Positions 38,901-50,900 of a DNA stretch of 56,025 nt are shown here, one piece after another. Within the stretch, counting starts at the first letter, position 1, and each line of letters opens with the position of its first letter. Under the pieces are notes generated by a model. That model was not told where the DNA came from, made no database searches, and worked only from the letters and a program-made list of their open reading frames with translations. Position numbers and translations under genes: made by a program. Source of the stretch: Girardia tigrina (Eukaryota); NCBI GenBank assembly GCA_001938485.1, contig MQRK01242779.1:1-56025 (forward strand), written 5' to 3'.

Positions 38901-41900
38901 AAAAATGATCGTTTTGTCCTTTTCTAAGTAAGGAATGTGAATTATACTTACCGTTTGCACCAAAAAAAACTGTATTCATGATATTAATATTTTTGACAGA
39001 CAAATAAACTTTGGTTTACTTCAGCTTCGATTCGTGAGAAACCATTTGATGTTTCGACTAAAAATCCCTGGTCTCTGGTGTGTTGCGATGGGTTAAGATT
39101 TGAGGTTATTAAATAACGTAAAAACAATCATATCATCGTGTTTGAATATGGTCCAAAACCCTTTCAAAGTGATCAAATGATTGCGCTTGTTTATCAGTCA
39201 AATGTTGCTTATATTTTGGCAGAGAGCATTCGCGTTCCCAAATAGTTACCAAAAATATTGAATCTTATTCAACAACTGTAGATTCTCCTTCCATCGGTTT
39301 TATCATCTGTTTCTTGACATTATTCATCAAGAATACTCGTATGACCGCATTCAATATTTTATTGTTTATATTGAACGCACAGACTTACCTGGATTTTCCG
39401 CAAATAAGCGCAAGCGCTTGTATTTAGTTTTTATGTTTTTATGTGTTCCACTTTGTCCCCCAAAATAGGCGCATGTGCTTATCTCTGCAAACTGCCATTT
39501 TTACCTCGAAATTGCATTTTATATAAAAAATGAATTAAATTATATATTAAATAAAGAAAAATTTATTATTATCTTTATTAATAAAAATTGAAATTCATAC
39601 ATTTACTCATGTAAAATTTATACATTCCATAGGAATCTCAAAAAATAACTGTTGGTTCATTTTTAAAGTAGTTCCCTACAATAAATATTATATTGATAAA
39701 ACAAAGTCGCTAATGTAATTAATATTTACATAACTAAACTTGTTTCAAAATGTTTCAATGTGTGTGAACAAAAATCTAATCTAAAACGGAAATTAAATTT
39801 CATCGATAAATAAATTAACGTGTAGCAAGTGTAAAAGTGCTAAAAACAGCTAAAAATCCGTAACAGTTGAATTGATTAAAAAATAATTGGTCAAAAAATA
39901 ATTGTTGTAGTTTTCATTTTTCCCATAAATTTCGGGCTTTAGGTTAAAACCACTACAATTATTTTTTGACCAAGTTTTTGATCAATTCAAATGGAAGCAA
40001 AAATCAGTCTTTATGTCCCCCAAAAGAGGAGCATGCACCTATTTTGTGAAACAAAAACAATAAGCACAGTTGCGCTTATTTTCGGAAAATCACGGTACTG
40101 TAACATTGTTTAATACGTTTTTGTGAAGTTGTTTAAATTTATGACTAAAAAAAATACAATCCAAATGACACAGCCAGCTCTAAACTGGGCCATGATCATT
40201 CGAAGGATAGACTTTACGAATAATATGCTTTTGGTGGTACTTGACTGGGTTGAAAGTTTTCATGATGAGGCTGATTTAAAAATTTTTAAAAAATTATTTA
40301 ATTTTAACAGAGATAAACAATTAGTTTTCTTAAAATTATGGGAATAATGTTTTACAAACCCAAGCATCTACGAAAAAAAATGATTGAATGTATTTTTTAA
40401 ATCATTTTATTTCACATTTTAGGTAAAATCATCGACTCAAAAAATAAGAAAAAGAGGCGGGACCATGACTCCGACAGTGAGTTTTCCTACTTTAGTGAAG
40501 TTAGTGTAGGTGGTACCCATTATAAAAAACGAAAAAAGAAAATAAGAGATAAACAAGGAAAAGTAATTGGATACGGCAAAGAAGAAGATTACAGTTCGGG
40601 TAATATTTACTCTAAAATAATAATAAATTATCTAAATCTTTTATTACATTATTCTTAGTAATTATTCTAAGTTTTAAAATAGTAGGCAATATAAAATATT
40701 AAAAACAAGACAATAATAAGACCATTTCATTCAAATTTGTATTCATATATACCTGTAAAGTTTCACCTGTAAAGACATCCACAGTATTTAGATAATATAC
40801 TTTGCCTTACCAAAATCACCGATCACCTATGTATTTCCCAATAATTTATTTTTTTCTGACATCTTTCACTCTGAATGGCATCTTTTACCATGAAGATGCA
40901 TAGTCGGTATCAATTCTAATCAAATGATTATTATTCCTTTTTCATGACGTTGCAGCACTAGTAAAAATATTTAATTTCCACGAAACACATACATGATGCG
41001 TCCAATAAGTCGTGAGACTAATATGGAAATAATAATAGTAAAAAATTAATACAGACATTTATACTTTAATAAATATAGATTAAGAAAATGTATTTTGTTT
41101 TAAATTATCCATTATTTTTTAAGTCAATTTTTGAGAATATTCAAAAAATACCACTAGAAACTATTCAACTATAGCGTTATTCGCTATCTCTTTCTGAAAA
41201 GACAAAGTAGAGAAGAGGTTCTTTCTGAACTAAAAGCTGTTTACCAACAAGAGTGTACATCTACAGTAACAATGTTTCGTTGGCTCAATTTCTTTCCGAG
41301 TGGTAGAACCTCTGTGATGGACGTAGAAAAATCTGGAAGACCCTCGGAAATTGATGAAGAAATTACGCAAAATCTGCAGATAATCGTGCAAAATGAGAGA
41401 AAAATAACGACGAGAGAGCTTACAACCCGTCTATATGCGAGCAAAGGCACTCTGTATACTCTTCTCACTGAAAGTAGTATTCAAAAACTATGTTCCTGTT
41501 TTGCACCACGCTTCTTAACGGTGGAAATGTGACAATGACGTTTAAAAGGTTGCTTGGAGAATCTGCAGACCAGGACCAATTACACAGAGACCGGTCAATT
41601 GATAATATCATAACTGTGAACGAGACATCATTGTCCCTTTATGTCTTCAAATCCAAAAAAAGTTGCAAGAATGGAAACAGCGTTTTGGGACGCCAATGAT
41701 ATTATTCTGACTGACTTTGCTGAATGTGGAGTGAAGATCAATAGCTCTTATAACTCCAACATCACGCAGCAAGCAAAGAAGGCACGATGCAAGAACAGAG
41801 TGTGTGAACTCTATTTTTATCACGATAATGCTCCCATCCATAACAGCAGCGTTTGCATGGCCACAATTTAGCATTGTGGATTCAATTTGACTCAATAAGA

Positions 41901-44900
41901 GTCTTGCCACAATATCAAAGTGGTGAAGGTAGTAAAAAAGTGAAAGTTGTGATTCCTCACTCAACACATTCGCATCATAGACTATTTTGATCGTCGTCAG
42001 TTAATAATAAAAATAAATATTATATAGTTCAAAATATTTGTTAAAATTCAATATAATTAAAGTATACTGAAATTAAAATGGTAAAAATTGATTTTATTCA
42101 TTTTGTGACTTAAAAACTAAACATATGTTATAAATTAAAATAGAATCAAATATTTTTCTCGTGGCAACCATTGAAAACATTGAGTCTGAGAATTAAATGT
42201 GGTATATTGTATTTAGAAGTACTTTATGAAATTATTAATTGACCTCCTATTAAACATAAAGCAGGAAGCAGGAAACTATGTCATAATTAAAGCATTGTTC
42301 TCATTTAAAATTGTATTCATGTAGACATTCCATATAATACCATCAAATTCTGCAAATAAATCAGAATTATCTTATCAATAAATGGTCCTATGTTGAATTG
42401 AAAAGATCTTTTTCAAAGTTGGTACGGAAGATTTACCAAATGCACAATATCCAATTACTTAAGCATTACAGGGCTTCCCACTTGATTTAAGGCAATACGT
42501 AAATACTTTAACCCTTACATCTTTAGAGTAAAAATCAGTTAAAAACATTTATAAGATATATATCACATTATTTCATTTTTAACTTTTCTCTCTTTCAAAA
42601 ATTTCATTTTTACAAATAAATATAATAAATAAAAAGAGCAAAAATTTTGGCATCAAACAACATTTATAACAACATTTTTTTAAATATTTCTCTTCGAATT
42701 CCTTTTACGCGAATTCTCGCATATGCTGGATGTAATTTTTATATCATTTTCAGTTATAAAATCAGCAATATGATTTATCGCCACAAAAAGCTCATCCCTA
42801 TTTGCGCTATTTGACTTTTAAATTAAATTTTTCCATTTCGGAAAAACTTCTTCAATATGGTTTAGTTGTGCACAATAAGGTGACAAATATTCAACATCAT
42901 GATCACAACTGTTTATAAAATCATTTATTATAAATCATTTATTAAAATCATTCCTTTATGTATACTAAAGTTATCGATTATAAGTTTCAATCCATCCATC
43001 TTATTTTCACGCATCATTAACATTAATTCATGCATATATAACATAGATCCATCTCGATTATATGCTAATTCTTTAATCTTACTAGTAAATCACAAAATTA
43101 AAATTTTTATATTCATTCTTTATGCAGAGAGAACTCTACTTCGCCAACAAAGTTTTTAAAATTTAAAAATTTAAGATTTAAAAATTTTAATTTAAAAATC
43201 ACATTAAAAATTAATATAAACTACTTATAATTTATAAGTAGATATCTTACAATTAATATTGTTCGGGAACTCCGAACTTTCCGTTTTTACCCATTTTTGA
43301 TCTTAAAAAGTTTTTTTCGATCAAATTTTTACATAATCATTTATTGTCATCGGGAATGAGTAAGTGTATAAAGTTTGAAGAAAATCGATTGAGTAGAAGG
43401 CCTTCAAAAACAGGTTTCTAAATTTGATGGATATATATATATATATGTGTGTATATATACCTATATAGAAAGTAAGTTAATAAAAAGACTGAAAAATGAA
43501 CTATTTTGTTTTAGATATTGTTGCCAAAACCGAAAATTTTTTAGATCTTATCGTCGTTACACTTTATCGACGAACACTGGGGTCAAATTTTTGTCGTGCG
43601 CTTCAACTAATACCTACCCATCCAAAAACAATATTTTTTCATCATCCCATGTCAAAAATTAGGTGCATTATTCGAATCTTTTATCAATATTGTTCCAATC
43701 ATTGCTACGTATTGCTACTAATTCAAATTTTTTAATGTGTAATTTAAAATTTATAAACATCGGTGTATCGATACATCGGACTTCGATACATTTACACTGA
43801 TGTCAGATAACTTTGCTTGCAATTTTTTTCATCTAACTGAAACATCATTATCAATTTCTTGCCTGGTCGATTGCTCAGTTACTGTTGATTTTTTTTCTAT
43901 CGGCTTTCAAATCTTTTTAACACTAATTCTTGCAGTATGCTCATATAAAGTTATAATTGAGGCAACCGTTTTGCTATTAATGTCCATTTCAGCGCCAATA
44001 AGTGCCAGGTTTTTTCCCTCTTCATATCATTTTTTTAATTATACGCCGTTCGTCATCCGCAACTTTGTGTTTACTATTTATTGTATTTTGCATTAAGGGA
44101 ATAAAAAAAATTAATTTATAATATTATAAAAATAATTGACTTTGATGTATGTTTTTAGCTAAAATTTTAATTCTCTTGATGTCATCATCATCAAAGAATT
44201 GATGTCATCATTGGTGTTAATGAAAACCCCATGTATTATTATTATATAATCATTTTTTGAAATTTTTTATGTAAAATAATTTATAAAACTTTGATGTAAG
44301 GCAACATAGAAACCTCCTTTTGTCATAGTTTTAAAAAAACTTTTATTAATTTATTCATCATGTAAGCCTAGCATTTACAATACTTAATAATATATATTCG
44401 TATATTTAGCTCTGGAAATTATCTTTTCCCTTTTAAAGAATTATTAATAATAAAACTATTTAATTTAATGCTTTAACTTAATTATTAATAATATAACGAA
44501 TATAACTTCTTTTCAGATTCTGAAGAAAGGTAAAGTAATTTTGGTTTGTGTTTTTTTTCTAATACATTTTAATTATTAATATTTTTAAAAACATTTTTCT
44601 GGTTCATCTGTTGCATAAATAAAAATTTCAAAACTAACGTCCCTGCGTTGATAGAACACCGAATATGTTAAAACGTCCTATGAACATAGGGAGTAATGTC
44701 ATAGAAGATACTGTGTTAAAACACATTTGATAGAAACTGCAGAGTATCTTTGACTTTTAAAATATTTGGAATCACTGTACATAAATAAACGATAATGTAT
44801 AAAAAAAGTATGTCTCTTCAAAATATTTCTAACTTTACTAAGGTAGTAGTGTAGAATGTTAAAACTTTTGATAAGTTGAGTGTATCATTGGAATATACAA

Positions 44901-47900
44901 GTCTTCTAACAAATATATGTGATACAATAATGCTTATAACAGGAATTTCGAAAAGGATAGATGAAACTGTACAAAGATTACATATATTTCTAAAATTAAA
45001 ATTAAATTTTCATATTGGAGTCGATGATCGAAAAGTAATTTGTACAGCGCTTTGCGTCGCTTCGCCGCCAATGTCATCCGTCGTAATTACGGAGAACTGT
45101 TACAAATCTTTTTTTTCTCTATAACCCCACAACCGTACGGAGCCAAGCCTTCGGGTGCTGAACTGATGAGACAGAGATTTTTGAACCCCATCCAGAATTG
45201 TCAGCTCTCTGAAATATTCATTTAACAATTTGTTGGAATTCAACGGTTTCGTTCTCTTTTCATTTTCATCCTAAGTAGTCCATAAAATCTAAACGAGTCC
45301 TTCCACTTTGAATATCCATGAAATCCACGTGAATACCGATTAATAAGGCGACACCGATGCCACCACTCCCATTATCCTCCATAATCTTGACCATTTGTCG
45401 AATCATATCACCGCAAACAGATACGATACACCAGAGATCATCATAATTTTAACTAAACAAAAACTCATTAATTTTTTAACACATTAACACAACGGACATT
45501 TCAGAATATTTTGCAACTGTGAGAAGTGGTTGCAACCTCAATATCAGAATTCATTTTTTTAACACCAAAATTTATTACTATAACAAAAATTCACACATTT
45601 AAACAAATTTTGCTGTTAATTTAATTTTCCCGCCACGAATTAATCTATTAAATTTTTCGATTCAATTTCTTTAAATTAAAAAAAATAATAAATTATTCTG
45701 GCGAGATGTAAATTTAAATTAACCCCTCATAACAACAAAACCATAAAATTCGACATTTTCTGTATAGACAATGGTGACATAATTTTTCGATTTTATAATT
45801 ACATATAAATTACAAATATTAAATATTTCACCAAAATAATAATGATAATAATAGATAAATATAAAAATCAATTCCTAAAATCAAATAAAAATATTTTATA
45901 AATTTCATTACAATTTATAGATGTAAAAATGTAAATTTTAAAAGATTGCTGATTTCTACATTTCTTGAGACATCGGATTTCTTTATTAATTCTTCTTCAT
46001 CATTTTCATCTGAATCCTTTCATCGATTCTAAGTCCGACACACTGTCGGTCCCTGCTATCAGTGGTTCCCAAACTTCTTTGCCAGGCGCTCCCTAAATAT
46101 AAAGAAACATTTTGGAGCCCCTTACATTTTCCACCAGGATATATGGTGTTATAGAAACGCTTAAATTATTATTGTTATTAAGTGAATTTTTAAATTTAAT
46201 TTTAATTTAACATATGGACTGTGTTTCATCTACTATTCTCAGTCTACTTCCATGTTTGAAACGCATTCTACCTATCCATAGAAAAATTCATGAAAATAGG
46301 TTAAGCACATTTATTTTAAATATACAAATCTACCTCATCTTCATTAAATTTGTTCTTAATCTCAATATGTAAGTAAGTAGGTTGAGAATACTGTTCATAA
46401 ATGGTCGCTCGGCTTTCGTGACACTTAAAATCATGTGATGAAAATCTTGTTCCCATTTATGAATGTCTTTTCCAAGGGGTAAGATATCGTTGATATGTAA
46501 TTACAATAAATATTTGTATTTGCTTTTGAATAATTTTTATACTTAATATTTGTACACTAACCATCTTTCAGTATTTATTTATAATAAATTTCATTTTATA
46601 AATCTATTTCAAACTGTTTGAAACAGTTTTAGATACATAAATAAATAGATCAATGTAGTTAAGGATAATTCTCAGTTGTTTAAATAATCGAAAGTCTCGG
46701 CGGGCGTTTAAAAGGAAAATAAATTTTGGTGACTTTTGTTTATTGCTTTACTTTTCAGTTTATCATTTTAAAATTAATTAATAAAATGATCAATTAATTA
46801 TCTAATTTTACCAGCTACGTAAGCTATTTTACAATAAAAATGCATTTATTTTATTCTTGTTTCAAGATACCACTCAAAAATGGATAAGTGGATAAGTAAG
46901 AAACGCAAGGCAGATAACTCCAAAGACGCGTCTTAATCCAGTTAAAGTAATTCAAATGAAGAGGCCCAGTCAATAAACATTGACAACTTCAATCTTAAGA
47001 AAAAGTTCATTCCCAAAAGATGAAAGTTGAGGAAGTATCAAGAAGATTATATAAAATTTGGCTTTAAATTTAATCAAATCGGAAGTACACAACATCCACA
47101 ATGCGTTTTTTGCTCGGAAATTTTGGCTAATGACAGTTTAAAACCAAGAAATTTAAGGCGGCATTTAGTAGCAAAGCCACCAAGTATTGCTGAAAAGCCT
47201 GTAGAGTATTTTGAACGTGTTGGGAGCGTTGTTGAGTTCATAAAATTTTTGAAGTTACAATCTTATCAAATTAATAACTAAACAATTACATTCCGTAAAA
47301 TATGGTTATAGATATTTTAAAATAAGATTTTCAGAAATTTAATGTAAAAAATTAATTCATGTAAGAAATAAAATAAATTTTACAGTAGGTTTATTAAAAG
47401 ATTTATTATAAAGGAAAAAAGTTAATTTCAAATTTGATGAAAATATTTAATTGAAATAAAATCAAAAGTAATATAAAGTTTAATATTTTATTTGCGAAAT
47501 GAAAGTAAACTAAACTATTTTTGTAACTTTCTTTTATTTTACACGATTAAATCGAAGAAAATTAAAAATATAACTGTAATTTTATTTTTTGGAAATTTTA
47601 ATTAGAATCAAAATATAATTGTAAAACAATTAAATCGATTTAAATGAAACTGCGGTTTTAATTTTATTTTTGAAAACGTAATTATTAATGGAAATATAAT
47701 TTTATTTTTTATGTAAAAAGGGGTAATTTAAAAAATATTAAATTAAACGAAATTGCAAATTTAAATTCTATTTTCAAATATTATTAAATCCAAAGTAATT
47801 TTTAAATTTATTATGAAAACGAAAGGAAAAATGCTATTGTATAGAATTGGGAAATTTAATTGAGAAACAGGTAAATTTCAAGGTACAATAAAATTGAAAT

Positions 47901-50900
47901 TTAATAAAAGACGAAACAAAATCTTTATGACAAAATTTTAATTTACTTTATAATTTTTTATTAAAAAAAAGTATAGAATTTTAATTCGAAAAAAATAAAA
48001 TAACCATATTTATATTTATATCAATTCTTATTTATAATGGCTTGTGTAAAAAAAAGTGCAAAAGTTCCTCGGAAATATTTGTTTAAAAAAACTCAAATTG
48101 TGGTAGAAATAAAGTTTTGTGTTCATGACAACGTCTTTTGATCAAGAACCCAATATAACGTAAGAGCATGGAGACACAAAAGCTAGTAGCTCTCATGAAC
48201 AAAATAACAACGACATCAACAAAAGCTCTCTGCTTCTTTTGAATTGTAATATTTGATAGCAATCGACAAGAAGCCTCATACAATTGCAGAAATTCTTGTG
48301 CTTTACAAGAAGCAATAAAAGTATTCAATTTTGTGAAAAGTCAACCTCTAAATGCTCGTTTATTTTCTGTGCTCTGTAAAGAAATGCAATCGGATCATGA
48401 TTCACTTCTCATTCACACTGAGGTAAGATGGCTATCAAAAGGCAAAGTACTGCAACGTCTAGTTGAATTGAACCACGAAGTGTGCATTTGTCTGGAAAAT
48501 GCTAATTCTGAACTAGCTAAACATTTTACAGATTCAAGATGGCTTGAAATTTTATCATTTCTGGAAGATATTTTTCATAAACTTAATGACCTAAAAACTT
48601 CACTTCAAGGGTCAAATACCAACATTTTTCAACTAAACAACAAAATTACTGGGTTTATAAAGAAAATAACTCTTTAGAAAACGCACTGTGAAAATGACAA
48701 CATTGCAATGTTTGAGAACTTTAATGCATGTTTAAATGATAACGAACTTCATTTTCACGAAGTAAAATTATTAATAATAACTCATCTCACTAATCTTAAA
48801 GTTCATTTTGGTAAGTATTTCGATGATTTATCTCTTTCTAAGCATGAGTGGATCAGGAGCCCATTCAATGACATTGAAGAAATAAGTAATCTTTCAATAT
48901 CACAGCAGGAAAAGCTTTTAGAATTGTCATCTGATGGGACTCTAAAAAAGAAATTTGATACAGTACTACTAGCTGAATTTTGGATACTTGTTAAAAATGA
49001 ATATCCTCAACTTTCTGAACTAGCCATGTCAATTTTAATTCCGTTTACTTCTACCTACCTGTGCGAGAAGGCATTTTCCTCAATGGTAAAAATTAAAACT
49101 AAATCTCGAAACCGTCTGCAAGTTGAAGGAGATCTTCATCTTTCATTGTCACCAATTCAGCCAAGAATGGACCTTCTTTGTTCAAATATACAATCCAATC
49201 CTTCCCATTAATTGTAATGATTGAATATGATGTTATAACTTTGCCTGTTATTAATAAAGTAAAAACTTTTTTAATATTTCTTTTTTTTATTATTTTTTTA
49301 TTTTATTATTTTATAATCAAATTATGTTAAAATTTAATACAGTTTGGTATTCGTTCCCCAAAATTGTCTTAGTGCCCCCCCCATAAATGTTTACGCGCCC
49401 ACATAAGGGGGCACGCCCCTAACTTTGAGAACCACTGCATGCGATGACAAGGCTAAGCCCAACTTACGACCCCATGGAATTAGAATCAGACAGAAAAAAA
49501 ACCATCCAAAGGTTTTAGTATGTTGCGTAAAACATGAAATTCGAAAATTAACATTATAGGATCTTGAAGAAGTTTTATATTTTAAAAAGAAAGACTAAGA
49601 TTGTTTTACCGAATAATTAATAATAAAACGGTTTAATAATTAGTTTTAGATTTTATGTATTCTCGTTATTTTAGTTTTAACGCATTTAATCTAATTGATT
49701 TTCAGTTTCATTACGATTAGTGATGGTAAAGGAGGAAAAATTAAAGTAGCAAATCCTAAAAAGAAGGCTAGAAAATATTCTCGAGTCTTTTCAGACGCCA
49801 CAACAGATTCAGATGTTGTAAGAGAGAGAATGAAAAATATGACTGAAGAAGAAAAACAACAATATTTGGCGGAACGTGCTAAAAGAGCTGAAGAAAGAGA
49901 ACAAAAACGAAAAGAGAAATATGGTGATAAATATGAATCAATGAAAAAAATATATGACAAGTTAGCAAACTTTTAAATCTAAATTAATATTGTTTCTTTT
50001 ATTTTTAAGGAAAAAAGAGTTATATAAAAATAGAAAACCATCCGTTCAATTTTCAGACGCCACAACAGATTCAGATGTTGTAAGAGAGAGAATGAAAAAT
50101 ATGACTGAAGAAGAAAAACAACAATATTTGGCGGAACGTGCAAAAAGAGCTGAAGAAAGAGAACAAAAACGAAAAGAAAAATATGGTGAAAAATATGATG
50201 AGATGAAAAAGAAATATGACAAGTAGTTTATTATTTTTTTTCGATTTTATGTTATGATCACAAAAGGAAAAAAGAACAAACTAAAGCAGAAAAGGCAAAT
50301 GCAAAAGAGTAAGAGAAAGTCATTTAAATATTATGAAGTAAACTACAATAAAATTACAGGTTACTTAATAAAAAAGGCAAAATGTTTGCTAAAGATGGAA
50401 ATGAAGCTGATGTTGAAAGTGACGGTGAAGGGAAGAATACTGGAAAGAGAAGGAAAACGGTAAACAGGCCGGGCAGTGTATCCTCCTCTGTAGAATTGGT
50501 ATGCATGATTTAAATATGGGATTATTTAATTAACATAAATAATAATAAAGATTAGAGACGAGGAAGGAAGAATAATCAAAAAAATTAAAAGAAATAAAGA
50601 TGGAACGATAGAAGAAACCGAATACGGTAACGATAATTATTTTATACATTGAAAGCAAAAGAGTATATTTTTAGATAAGGATGGGAAAGTTATAAGTAGG
50701 AAAATAAAAACTAAAAATCAAACTAACGATGACGATGACGATGATGATGGCGACTATTTCGAAATTGGACCGGATGGAAAAATTCGTCTCAAGCAAGGGA
50801 AAACAAAAATTGATTTAAAGAATTTGTCAAAGGAAGATTTAATTAAATTAGGAATAGATCCAAATTTATCGAAAGCCGAACAATTGCGATTGCTAAAAGT

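Noticed and set aside
45160-45225. CTGATGAG...GAAA hammerhead-like core
   Set aside because: Stem II does not pair properly at its base and no convincing stems I/III with a cleavage triplet; region is better explained as an antisense coding fragment.
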